Below the pieces are notes generated by a model that did not search any database, was not told the DNA's origin, and saw only the letters and a program-made list of their open reading frames with translations. From positions 1-62,136 of the forward strand of contig JAGQMC010000048.1 of NCBI GenBank assembly GCA_020428815.1: a DNA stretch of 62,136 nucleotides, in the 5' to 3' direction. Below are positions 36,049-44,922 of the stretch, in pieces (position 1 is the first letter of the stretch; the number at the start of each line of letters is the position of its first letter). Source of the stretch: Candidatus Kaiserbacteria bacterium. Lineage in GTDB: Bacteria > Patescibacteriota > Minisyncoccia > Phycocordibacterales > UBA918. Position numbers and translations under genes: made by a program.

Positions 36049-38258
36049 TCTTCATCCTCTCCCTCGTCTGGTTTGGTGTCTAATAGTAAACCAAACGTAT
36101 CTTTATTCCATTTTTGCACCCCATATTCCCAGTTGTGGTATTGGGGGTTTTGCTCAGGATTGGTGGGATACGGCCCGGTCGGGTCGTCAATATCAACGTA
36201 ATGAAGTATAGAATGAATGTTGTTGTAGATGGTGGCCACATCTAACTTTGAACCCTCTTCATCATTAGTTTGATTTTGCATTGCTTGTAGTAGTAGTGAG
36301 GTGTCGATATATTCACCTCTAATAATTGGTTTAACCCCAATTGTGTTTATTTGTGGTTGGGGAAACTTCTCGTCTTCTAATTTTGGTAGCGCTACATCCA
36401 TAAACGCTCGCCACATTGGTGTGGTGATTAAGCCTGATAAACCACCACCCATTGGGTCATTATTATTATTTCCAACCCAGGCCCCCACTGCGATATTTGG
36501 AGTATAACCCATAATCCAAGCGTCACGTAAATTATTAGTACTACCTGATTTAGCTGCTACATCACGACCTGGGAAGTTGATTAGTGAGTTGACCCCCCAA
36601 AGAGGAGTTCTGGCCACATTGTCTGATAACACATCACTAATCATATAAGCTACATTCTCTTCCAAAACCCGAGAAGTGTTAACTTCTGATTCTTCAATAA
36701 TATTTCCTCGGCTATCTTCAATTCTTAAAATACTACGAGGAGCGGCCTTAATTCCTCCATTAGCAAACACACCATATCCATAAGTCATATCCATTAGACG
36801 TACCTCTCCACCTCCAAGTACTAAGGTTAGGCCGTAACGGTCTGGGTCATTAAGAGTGGTTAGTCCCATATCTGCCATAAACTTCAAGGTATCTTTTAAG
36901 CCTGCTAGGTATAAAGTTTTAACCGCTGGAATATTTAAAGATTGAGCCAAGGCGTTACGCATACTAATCGGACCAACAAACTTACCATTATAGTTGTTGG
37001 GTGAGTAACAAGGTGATTGTGAGCTTGGGTCATTTGGTTCACATTGAGGAGAGAATTGAGTAGGTACGTCAAATAATACTGTAGCTGGTAGATAACCCTT
37101 CCTAAATGCGTTAGCGTAAACATAAGGCTTAATTGATGAGCCTGGTTGGCGAGGGGCTAGAGTGACATTGAAATTACCATCAATATCTTCACTAAAGTAG
37201 TCACGCGAACCAACCATAACCAACAAATCACCCGTTTTTGGGTCAGTGGCGACTAATCCAGCGTTACTAGCATTGAAACGTTCGGTGTTACTTTCAGCTT
37301 TTTCAGCCACAATCACCTCAGCCTCTTTTTGTAGCTCCCAATCAAGGGTGGTGATTATTCTTAATCCTTGTTCGGCCATCGCTTCCTCCCCAAACTTTTC
37401 CGCTAATTGCTCTACTATATACATAACAAAATGAGGGGCCCTAATTCCAGTGACGGCCTGTGGTTCAAACTCCACCACCTCTTCTTTAGCTGACTCATAC
37501 TCTTCAATGGTGATGAAGCCGTTTAAGCGCATTCTATCTAATACTAGTTTTTGTCTATTATCTAAAGCCTCTCGGTTATTACCATAAGGAGAAAAATAAG
37601 TTGGTGCCTGTGGGATGGCGGCTAAGTAGGCTGCTTCAGCTAGGGTCAGATCACCAGCGCTTTTATTGAAAAAAGCCCGGGAAGCCTCCTCGATACCATA
37701 AATAGTACCGCCGTATGGAGATTCATTTAAGTAGATCTCTAAAATTTCATCTTTTTCTAAAACTCGTTCCAGTTTAATTGATAAGATCGCCTCTTTTACT
37801 TTTCGAGTTAGTTTTTTCTCTCTATCTAAAACAGAATTTTTAATAACTTGTTGAGTGATGGTTGAACCACCTTGTCCACCTAATAAATCACCTTGGGTAA
37901 AGTTGGTGACAGCGGCCCTAATGATGGCCCTAATGTCAATTCCAATATGATTATAAAACTGGTCGTCTTCAATCGCTACAGTAGCGTTTTTTATATGACG
38001 AGACATTTCCTCAAAAGGAATAATAGTGCGACGAACATCTTGATGAAGGTCGTACAATAAAACCTCACCAGTGCGGTCGAAAATTTTAGTTGATTGGAGA
38101 ACTCGTCGTTCATCAAAGGATGATAGATCTGGTATGTCCAAAGTGGAAATCCAAACCAAAACACCACCAGCCACCACCAAACCAGCCACAAAACCAAACA
38201 GAATAGTGTCTATGATTACCTCTTTCCAATTCTTTTTAAACCACTTTTTTATATACAT
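36045..38258 (-). CDS. class A penicillin-binding protein (transglycosylase/transpeptidase, PBP1A type)
   Basis: GT51 motifs EDDQFYNHIGID, GGSTITQQ, RKVKE. Transpeptidase motifs SSIKP, SLN, KSGST. N-terminal TM anchor. Confidence 0.9.
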   Translation of the reverse strand: MYIKKWFKKNWKEVIIDTILFGFVAGLVVAGGVLVWISTLDIPDLSSFDERRVLQSTKIFDRTGEVLLYDLHQDVRRTIIPFEEMSRHIKNATVAIEDDQFYNHIGIDIRAIIRAAVTNFTQGDLLGGQGGSTITQQVIKNSVLDREKKLTRKVKEAILSIKLERVLEKDEILEIYLNESPYGGTIYGIEEASRAFFNKSAGDLTLAEAAYLAAIPQAPTYFSPYGNNREALDNRQKLVLDRMRLNGFITIEEYESAKEEVVEFEPQAVTGIRAPHFVMYIVEQLAEKFGEEAMAEQGLRIITTLDWELQKEAEVIVAEKAESNTERFNASNAGLVATDPKTGDLLVMVGSRDYFSEDIDGNFNVTLAPRQPGSSIKPYVYANAFRKGYLPATVLFDVPTQFSPQCEPNDPSSQSPCYSPNNYNGKFVGPISMRNALAQSLNIPAVKTLYLAGLKDTLKFMADMGLTTLNDPDRYGLTLVLGGGEVRLMDMTYGYGVFANGGIKAAPRSILRIEDSRGNIIEESEVNTSRVLEENVAYMISDVLSDNVARTPLWGVNSLINFPGRDVAAKSGSTNNLRDAWIMGYTPNIAVGAWVGNNNNDPMGGGLSGLITTPMWRAFMDVALPKLEDEKFPQPQINTIGVKPIIRGEYIDTSLLLQAMQNQTNDEEGSKLDVATIYNNIHSILHYVDIDDPTGPYPTNPEQNPQYHNWEYGVQKWNKDTFGLLLDTKPDEGEDED

Positions 38259-38499
38259 ATGTTAGATTCGAACTATATAACCAATGTTAGCATGACGCTA
38301 GTTTTAACAGGAATAGTTGTGCTTTAATTTCTACAACAAAAAAACCGAGTTGAATAGAGGTTTTAACGTATTCTAATACAATTTTGTGATAGCATTATTT
38401 CAAATATCTATCCTTTAGTAGTTGGTTAACTCAAAAGGTGTTTATAATTGTGTCGAAGTTATTAATTTATTTATATAGTAAGAAATTACTTTTTCCGGA

Positions 38500-39735
38500 A
38501 TGAGTCTAGCAAAAGAATTAAGTGAGAGGGGGTTTATAAATCAGTCATCAAGTGATGATTTGGGATTGGTTTTAGATAAGGAGAATCGGGTTGTTTATCA
38601 TGGTATTGATCCAACTGCGGATTCTGCTCATGTTGGCAACATGAGTGTGTGGGTGTTGTTAAAACACCTAAAAAACGCTGGACATAAAATTGTGTTTTTA
38701 GTTGGAGGGGGAACTGGGATGGTTGGTGATCCAAAACCAGATGCAGAAAGACAACTTAGAACTATTGAGGAGGTTAGTGTAAATGTGGAAAAGATAAAAA
38801 CCCAAGCTGAGAACTTTTTTGGAGAAGAGGTGGAGTTTGTTAATAATTATGATTGGTTAGGGAAATTAAATCTAATTGATTTTTTAAGAGATGTTGGTAA
38901 ACATTTCACAGTAAATGAATTAATTAAAAAAGATGCAATTGCCACCAGATTGCAAAGTGAGACCGGGCTTTCATATACAGAGTTTGCCTACCCAATTCTT
39001 CAAGGTTATGACTACTACCAACTATTCCAGTCTCACAACTGTACATTACAAGTGGGTGGTTCTGACCAGTGGGGAAATATGCTGGCTGGTGTTGAGTTAA
39101 TTCGTAGGAAATTACAAAAAGAAGCGTTTGTAGTAACTGTGCCACTTATTGTCGATAAAGCTACAGGTAAAAAATTTGGTAAAAGTGAAGGCAACGCTGT
39201 GTGGTTAGATTCAGGTAAGACTTCACCTTACCGGTTTTATCAATTCTGGCTTAATGTTAGTGATGAAAGTGTGATAGACCACTTAAAAATGTTCACTTTT
39301 ATTAGTCTAGAAGAAATTGAACAAATAGAGCGAGATCACCAAATTAATCCTGGGATTAGAGTGGCTCAGAAAAGGTTGGCGTCAGCTGTGACTGAGTTGG
39401 TACACGGTCGTGACTCGATGTTGGCCGCTGAAAGGGTGTCAGCTATATTGTTTGGTGGGGAATCATTTTCTAGTTTAAATGAAAAAGAGCAAGCTATGTT
39501 GTTAGAGACGGCACCTAGTTCAGAATTTAAAGCGGGGGTGTTGGTTGATGTGTTAGTGGAAGTTGGTCTGGCTACCAGTAAACGAGAAGCAAGAACGTTT
39601 ATTGAAAGTGGAGCAGTCGAAGTGGCGGGGATTAAGGTGGATGATGTAGAAATGGTGGTAGAGGCTGGTTTGGCGGTATCAAATTTGATTTTACTTAAAC
39701 GAGGAAAGAAGAATCTACACATCTTAAAGGTGTAA
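38500..39735 (+). CDS. tyrS: tyrosine--tRNA ligase
   Basis: HIGH-type motif DSAHVGN, KMSKS-type motif KFGKSEGN, GGSDQWGN, and a C-terminal S4-like domain. Confidence 0.95.
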   Translation: MSLAKELSERGFINQSSSDDLGLVLDKENRVVYHGIDPTADSAHVGNMSVWVLLKHLKNAGHKIVFLVGGGTGMVGDPKPDAERQLRTIEEVSVNVEKIKTQAENFFGEEVEFVNNYDWLGKLNLIDFLRDVGKHFTVNELIKKDAIATRLQSETGLSYTEFAYPILQGYDYYQLFQSHNCTLQVGGSDQWGNMLAGVELIRRKLQKEAFVVTVPLIVDKATGKKFGKSEGNAVWLDSGKTSPYRFYQFWLNVSDESVIDHLKMFTFISLEEIEQIERDHQINPGIRVAQKRLASAVTELVHGRDSMLAAERVSAILFGGESFSSLNEKEQAMLLETAPSSEFKAGVLVDVLVEVGLATSKREARTFIESGAVEVAGIKVDDVEMVVEAGLAVSNLILLKRGKKNLHILKV

Positions 39736-39744
39736 TAAGCAAAT

Positions 39745-39780
39745 AAAAAGCCGCCTCAGAGGAGGCGGCTTTTTATTTTT
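39745..39780. terminator. bidirectional terminator
   Basis: aaaaagccgcctc-agag-gaggcggcttttt. Confidence 0.8.
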
Positions 39781-39783
39781 TAA

Positions 39784-40059
39784 CTACATATCATCAACAT
39801 CATCAAAACTATCGTAATCAACATCTTCAGCGTCATCCTCTAAGTCGTCTTCATCATCATCCTCTTCATCCTCATCTTCCTCACCATCATCAACTTCAGA
39901 TTCGTCCACATGACCAAAACCTTCCATTTCACTATCATCATCATTGTCGTCACCGGCTACTTCATCTAAAACATCATCGTCTAGCGAAGCGTCTTCATCA
40001 TTGCTGTCAATTTCTTCCTCATTCATTTCATTTTCATCGTCAGTGTGAAAGTAAGTCAT
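39784..40059 (-). CDS. hyper-acidic small protein (91 aa, more than half Asp/Glu)
   Basis: MTYFHTDDENEMNEEEIDSNDEDASLDDDVLDEV... with no basic residues after position 5. It lies co-directionally downstream of ruvC, before the terminator. Confidence 0.5.
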   Translation of the reverse strand: MTYFHTDDENEMNEEEIDSNDEDASLDDDVLDEVAGDDNDDDSEMEGFGHVDESEVDDGEEDEDEEDDDEDDLEDDAEDVDYDSFDDVDDM

Positions 40060-40138
40060 ATGTTAAATATTTTACCTATATTTTTTATCAAAGAAGTAAT
40101 TTTAATTCAAGACACTTCTTAGTATTCAGTCGCAGATT

Positions 40139-40618
40139 TTAACTAGTTCTACCATAATGTGCAAGGCAGGTAATACCAACAGCAATTGCATCATATTCAT
40201 CGTCAAGGGCTTTGATGGGGGCAGTTGGTATTAAACGTTTAACCATATCAATCACTGCTGATTTATCACTCTTTCCGTAGCCAGTCACAGCAATTTTTAT
40301 TTCTTGTGGCCCAAACTCATAAATCTGACATTTATGAGTTTGGGCCACATAAATCAATACTCCACGAGCTCCTGCCACTCCAATGGCAGTTTTTTGATTT
40401 TTATTAAAAAATAAAGTTTCGATACCTAAAGTGTCAGGTTTGAATTTTTTTATAATATCCTCAAATTCATTACCGAGGGTGAATATTCTCTCGTACAAAT
40501 CTTGTGCTTTGTTGGTTTCAATACAACTTGAATATAGTAGTTTCTCGGTGCCGTTATCTAACTCTAATACTGCCACTCCAATCCGGTCATATCCTGGATC
40601 TACACTAATAACTCTCAT
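40139..40618 (-). CDS. ruvC: crossover junction endodeoxyribonuclease RuvC
   Basis: MRVISVDPGYDRIGVAV, GIETLFFNKN, KIAVTGYGKSDK, DEYDAIAVG: the RuvC catalytic acidic residues and pattern. Confidence 0.9.
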   Translation of the reverse strand: MRVISVDPGYDRIGVAVLELDNGTEKLLYSSCIETNKAQDLYERIFTLGNEFEDIIKKFKPDTLGIETLFFNKNQKTAIGVAGARGVLIYVAQTHKCQIYEFGPQEIKIAVTGYGKSDKSAVIDMVKRLIPTAPIKALDDEYDAIAVGITCLAHYGRTS

Positions 40619-40662
40619 ACCTTTCAGTATATAGTAATCAAGTCTATAGAAGAATATTTGAT

Positions 40663-41202
40663 TTAGTCGGGTGTGTCAGCGCTGGTGTAGACATTTGTGA
40701 CATCATCTTGGTCTTCTAATTTTTCAATAAAATCAGCTAGTTTTTGGCCAGTTTCATCATCTAACTCCATGGGGGTCGTGGGTATATATTCACCATCAGT
40801 CTTAGTGAAAGCCCAAGCGGCTGATCCTGGGGCTCCAAGTTCTAGTCCGGCTTTTGAAAAAATATGGCGGATTTCAGGGGCGGTGCGATTGTTGTTGTCT
40901 GTGACAGCTTGAATTAACATCGCTACACCACCTGGACCAAAACCTTCGTACATCACTTCTTCTAATGAAGAGCCACCAGCACCACTACCTTTAGCTAAAG
41001 CTCGTTCGATATTATCTTTTGGCATGGAGTCTTTCTTAGCACGATCTATAGCTGCTAGAACACTAGCAGAATTCACATCACCACCAGCTTTTCTAACTTC
41101 AAGAGTTATTAAAGCTGAGTGCTTAGAAAAGACCTTGCCTTTTTGGGCGTCAGTAGCAGCTTTTTTATGTTTAATCTTACTCCACTTATTATGTCCAGAC
41201 AT
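40663..41202 (-). CDS. yebC: YebC/PmpR-family regulator, shortened (179 aa)
   Basis: MSGHNKWSKIKHKKAATDAQKGKVFSK, PKDNIERALAKG, YEGFGPGGVAMLIQAVTDNNNRTAPEIRH. It is roughly 60 aa shorter than typical YebC in the C-terminal half. Confidence 0.85.
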   Translation of the reverse strand: MSGHNKWSKIKHKKAATDAQKGKVFSKHSALITLEVRKAGGDVNSASVLAAIDRAKKDSMPKDNIERALAKGSGAGGSSLEEVMYEGFGPGGVAMLIQAVTDNNNRTAPEIRHIFSKAGLELGAPGSAAWAFTKTDGEYIPTTPMELDDETGQKLADFIEKLEDQDDVTNVYTSADTPD

Positions 41203-41236
41203 AATGGTATAAATTGATGATTAAGTTTGATAATTA

Positions 41237-42229
41237 TTATAAATCTTTATTAATGTGAGCGTAAGCTTCTGTGGTGGCAACCCTACCACGTGGAGTTCGC
41301 TCTAGTAAAGCGTGACGTATCAAGTATGGTTCAATCACGTCCTCAATTGTAGACGGTTCCTCACCAGTGGCAGCTGCGATGGTGTTGAGTCCGACTGGAC
41401 CACCTTCGAATTTATTAATGATGGTTTCAAGGACAGAACGATCAGCTTTACTAAGGCCAATTTCATCAATTTCTAGTAGATCAAAGGTTTTTTCAACAAT
41501 TTCATTTGTTAAATCTTTCCCTTCAAGTTGGGCTAAGTCACGGCAGCGTTTTAATAAGTAGTTGGCAGTACGAGGGGTGGCTCGACATCGCTTGGATATT
41601 TTAACCAGAATATCTTCAGTGGTTTTCATATTCAGTAGTTCAGCAGAACGTTTGAGGATGGTCGCAATTTCTTCATTGGTATAAAAATCTAATCGGAAAG
41701 TACCGCCAGAAAAACGCGAACGAAGTGGTGAAGATAGTAGTGAGATGCGAGTAGTGGCTGCCACCATAGTAAAAGGGGGAAGTTCTAGTTGTACAGTACG
41801 AGCAGATGGTCCTTTACCAATAATGATATCAAGCACACCAGATTCCATGGCTGGGTAAAGCACTTCTTCAATGCTTTTTGAGAGTCGATGGATTTCATCA
41901 ATAAATAAAACATCACCTGGGGAAAGATTAGTAAGAATGGCGGCCAAATCACCAACCCTCTCAATTGCCGGTCCGGAGGTTATCTTCATGTTCGTACCTA
42001 AGGTTTTTGATACAAGATTAGCGAGAGTGGTTTTCCCTAAACCGGGTGGACCATAAAGCAAGACATGTTCGGCTGCGTGGCCGCGTTCTTTAGCGGCGGT
42101 TAGTAAAATACGTAAATTTTCTTTGATTTTTTCTTGTCCAATATACTCATCCCAAGTTTGAGGACGGAGGGTGCGGTCTAAGTTGTTAGCATCATCCCGG
42201 GTAATGGTTTTCTTTTCTGTTTCGGCCAT
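41237..42229 (-). CDS. ruvB: Holliday junction branch-migration helicase RuvB
   Basis: [19 protein letters not shown], Walker [12 protein letters not shown], Walker [17 protein letters not shown]. TGtTATAAT lies 10 nt upstream of the ATG. Confidence 0.95.
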   Translation of the reverse strand: MAETEKKTITRDDANNLDRTLRPQTWDEYIGQEKIKENLRILLTAAKERGHAAEHVLLYGPPGLGKTTLANLVSKTLGTNMKITSGPAIERVGDLAAILTNLSPGDVLFIDEIHRLSKSIEEVLYPAMESGVLDIIIGKGPSARTVQLELPPFTMVAATTRISLLSSPLRSRFSGGTFRLDFYTNEEIATILKRSAELLNMKTTEDILVKISKRCRATPRTANYLLKRCRDLAQLEGKDLTNEIVEKTFDLLEIDEIGLSKADRSVLETIINKFEGGPVGLNTIAAATGEEPSTIEDVIEPYLIRHALLERTPRGRVATTEAYAHINKDL

Positions 42230-42275
42230 AAGTACCAGTATTATAACAAAAACAACCCAAAATAGGGCTTAGGAC

Positions 42276-42303
42276 TTGACAAATTATGCAGTTATGCTAG
42301 TAT
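42276..42303 (+). promoter_or_regulatory. strong sigma70-type promoter facing a gene-free interval
   Basis: TTGACA (42276-42281), 16-nt spacer, then TGcTAGTAT (42295-42303). No + strand ORF lies downstream. Confidence 0.45.
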
Positions 42304-42310
42304 TGTCGAC

Positions 42311-42503
42311 AAGCATTTGTTCTCTCGCGCACATTATTGTGTGCGATTTATATTGTTTTATTCCAGAAGATAACTCTCTAAGCAACTTGGATGCGTTGCG
42401 AGGGCTTTGTGGCGCTCACCTTGAGTGAGGGTGCGACATTGTCTCCTTAGCGCGGCATTCACTTTCAATGCGGAAGCCTTGCTTAGAGAGTTATACTCTG
42501 GAA
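42311..42503 (+). ncRNA. candidate structured small RNA (class unknown)
   Basis: Closing helix 42361-42385 / 42479-42503 is 25 positions long, 23 paired around a 2-nt internal loop. It encloses ~93 nt with local hairpins (ctcac-cttga-gtgag; gcatt-cactttc-aatgc). A small 5' hairpin cgcaca/tgtgcg plus a U-rich run lies at 42327-42360. Confidence 0.3.
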
Positions 42504-42609
42504 AATAATAGCGGATGTAAATAGCTTCCCAACTGCTCGACTGACAATATCATAAAACTATTATAAACAATCTTGACCACAACTGATTTCCTTACCAGAA
42601 TGTGGTTTT

Positions 42610-44355
42610 TTAAATCACTCTTGATTGAAAGTCTTCATTCGTGATTTCTCCTTCAGCAACTAGATGTTCTTGTTGGTTTGGGGTGGTAACTAGTTTTATT
42701 GGAAATTCAACCACTCTTTCAAGTTCGGTTAAAGAAGTGATTCCCGCCAACACTTTCTCAATCCCGTCTTGTAACATAGTAGGAATTTTTTGTGGTTTGG
42801 CAGCCGTTTGAATAGCGCTTTCCCTTGGATCACGCAAAATAACTTCTTCTACTGTCTCATCCATCACAATTCCCTCAAACACAGCCGCGCGACCCCGGAA
42901 GCCGGTGTGGTTACATTTAGGGCAACCAACAGCCCGATAAATGGTTTGTTGATCAGCTACTGGTACTGGGTAGGGATGTTCAGCCATCACTTCTTTCATA
43001 AATTGTAGTTCTTCAGCGTTGGCGTGGTGGGCTGCTTTACAGTCATCACACAGAATTCTTACTAGTCGTTGACCAAGAATCATATTAATTGAGGTCCCTA
43101 AAACTTGAGGATTAACACCAAGGTCAATTAGGCGGGTAAAACCAGCAATCGCGTTGTTAGTATGGAGGGTACTAAATACCAAGTGTCCGGTTTGGGCTGC
43201 ATGCATAGCAGTCTCAGCTACTTCTTGATCACGGATTTCTCCCACCATAATAACATCTGGGTCTTGGCGGAGGATAGCGCGCAAACCCTTGGCAAAAGTA
43301 TAATCAGCATCAGTTTGGGTGTGCATAATACCAGCCAATTTATATTCAACCGGGTTTTCGATGGTGATTATTTTTTTGCTTTCATCGTGGACTTCTTGTA
43401 AGAAAGCATAGAGAGCTGTAGTTTTACCAGAGCCAGTTGGACCGGTGGTAATAATCAGTCCGTTTGGGCGTTTTAATTGCTGGCGTAACACCTTCTCTAT
43501 ATGTTTATTTAGATTGATTGTCTCTAGACTAAAACTAGCTACAGTCGGGTCTAAAATACGCATTACAATTGATTCTCCCAAAGCCCCAGGAATAACTGAA
43601 GATCGTATTTCCACCTCTTTTTCCCCAGAATTAAAACTAAATCGTCCATCTTGGGCTTCAGCCTTAACGTTAAGTACCATACCTGATAATAGTTTTAGGC
43701 GGGACATCAAACGTTTGTATATGTAGTTATCTAAGTCAGCCACGTCATGTAACACTCCATCTAATCGGTAACGCAGACGTACACCAGCCTCTTCTGGCTC
43801 AATATGTATATCAGACGCCTTTAAAGCCAAAGCCCCGGCAAAAATTGTTGATAGGGTTTGGGAGATGTGGCGCTGACTATTTGTGTCTTTTTGTACCAAA
43901 AGCTTACCCACGTCATCTAAAGCGGTAATTTGATCAGTTAAATTCCTTATATCTGCCGCATCTACCACCAAGACACCTTTTTGTTCGGCGGTGGTGTGAA
44001 TTACATCAGCGTATTTATTCCAAGCATGGCTTAAGCTACCGGCTGAACAGACATAAATCTTTGGTTTAAGTTTTTGGGCTTCTAAGTTTTGTAATAAAGT
44101 TTTAAAAACTATCGCGTTGGGATTAGTGGTGGCGATTGAGACATTAAAATTGGTGGTGGTAAAAGCTACGGCCAGGCTTTCTTTAGCACGTTTTTCTGGT
44201 ATTAAAACCACCGCTTCTGGATTAACGGTTATATGTCGAAGGTTAACGTATTCGTAGCCCAACTGGCTAGCTAGTTTTTGTGCCACTCTTTCTTCTTCAT
44301 GCGCATGAAGTTCTTTTAGCTTTGCGTTTGAGAAACTGTCATCAAAATGAACCAT
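42610..44355 (-). CDS. pilB: GspE/PilB-family type II/IV secretion (type IV pilus assembly) ATPase
   Basis: Walker A GPTGSGKTT, Asp box, Walker B PDVIMVGEIRD, His box GHLVFSTLHTN, and the tetracysteine CDDC...CPKC motif. Confidence 0.9.
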   Translation of the reverse strand: MVHFDDSFSNAKLKELHAHEEERVAQKLASQLGYEYVNLRHITVNPEAVVLIPEKRAKESLAVAFTTTNFNVSIATTNPNAIVFKTLLQNLEAQKLKPKIYVCSAGSLSHAWNKYADVIHTTAEQKGVLVVDAADIRNLTDQITALDDVGKLLVQKDTNSQRHISQTLSTIFAGALALKASDIHIEPEEAGVRLRYRLDGVLHDVADLDNYIYKRLMSRLKLLSGMVLNVKAEAQDGRFSFNSGEKEVEIRSSVIPGALGESIVMRILDPTVASFSLETINLNKHIEKVLRQQLKRPNGLIITTGPTGSGKTTALYAFLQEVHDESKKIITIENPVEYKLAGIMHTQTDADYTFAKGLRAILRQDPDVIMVGEIRDQEVAETAMHAAQTGHLVFSTLHTNNAIAGFTRLIDLGVNPQVLGTSINMILGQRLVRILCDDCKAAHHANAEELQFMKEVMAEHPYPVPVADQQTIYRAVGCPKCNHTGFRGRAAVFEGIVMDETVEEVILRDPRESAIQTAAKPQKIPTMLQDGIEKVLAGITSLTELERVVEFPIKLVTTPNQQEHLVAEGEITNEDFQSRVI

Positions 44356-44437
44356 AATTACTCACATAATACCATGTCATAAGTTTACATATTACTCATT
44401 TACGTCTTACACATAGACTGCTATAGTCGAGACAACT

Positions 44438-44878
44438 ATGGATTTAGAACAGCAATATTTAGTGGCCAAACCCGAAGACTTTAAACCCCTCATCAAACAA
44501 TTAATAGAATCGGAGTCAGACAACTTAATTATCGCACTGGAGGGAGATTTGGGTGCTGGTAAGACCACTTTTACTCAGGAGTTGGGGAAGTGTTTAGGAG
44601 TGGAGGAGGTGATTACCAGTCCGACATTCACTATCATGAAACAATATAATTTATCGGATAAAAAATTTAAGACACTGGTCCATATCGACGCTTATCGAAT
44701 AGAGTCTGAGGCTGAGGTCGAACCACTTCATATCAAAGAATTATTAGAAAACCCAAATACTGTTATTTGTATAGAGTGGCCTGAAAATATCAGAGAGGTA
44801 ATTCCTAGCACCGCCAAAAAAGTGACCATCTCCATTAGTGAGGGAGAGCAACGTCAAGTTACCCTATCGCATTTTTAA
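44438..44878 (+). CDS. tsaE: tRNA t6A37 biosynthesis protein TsaE
   Basis: LEGDLGAGKTTFTQ, ITSPTFTIMKQY, HIDAYRI. Confidence 0.85.
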   Translation: MDLEQQYLVAKPEDFKPLIKQLIESESDNLIIALEGDLGAGKTTFTQELGKCLGVEEVITSPTFTIMKQYNLSDKKFKTLVHIDAYRIESEAEVEPLHIKELLENPNTVICIEWPENIREVIPSTAKKVTISISEGEQRQVTLSHF

Positions 44879-44922
44879 ATGACAAGTAGTGTACCCAAGA
44901 CAAAACACGTATACTGTTGGGT

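Noticed and set aside
38259-38499. T-box leader upstream of tyrS
   Set aside because: There is no T-box consensus sequence, specifier-loop architecture or terminator/antiterminator pair. The region is simply AT-rich divergent-promoter DNA.
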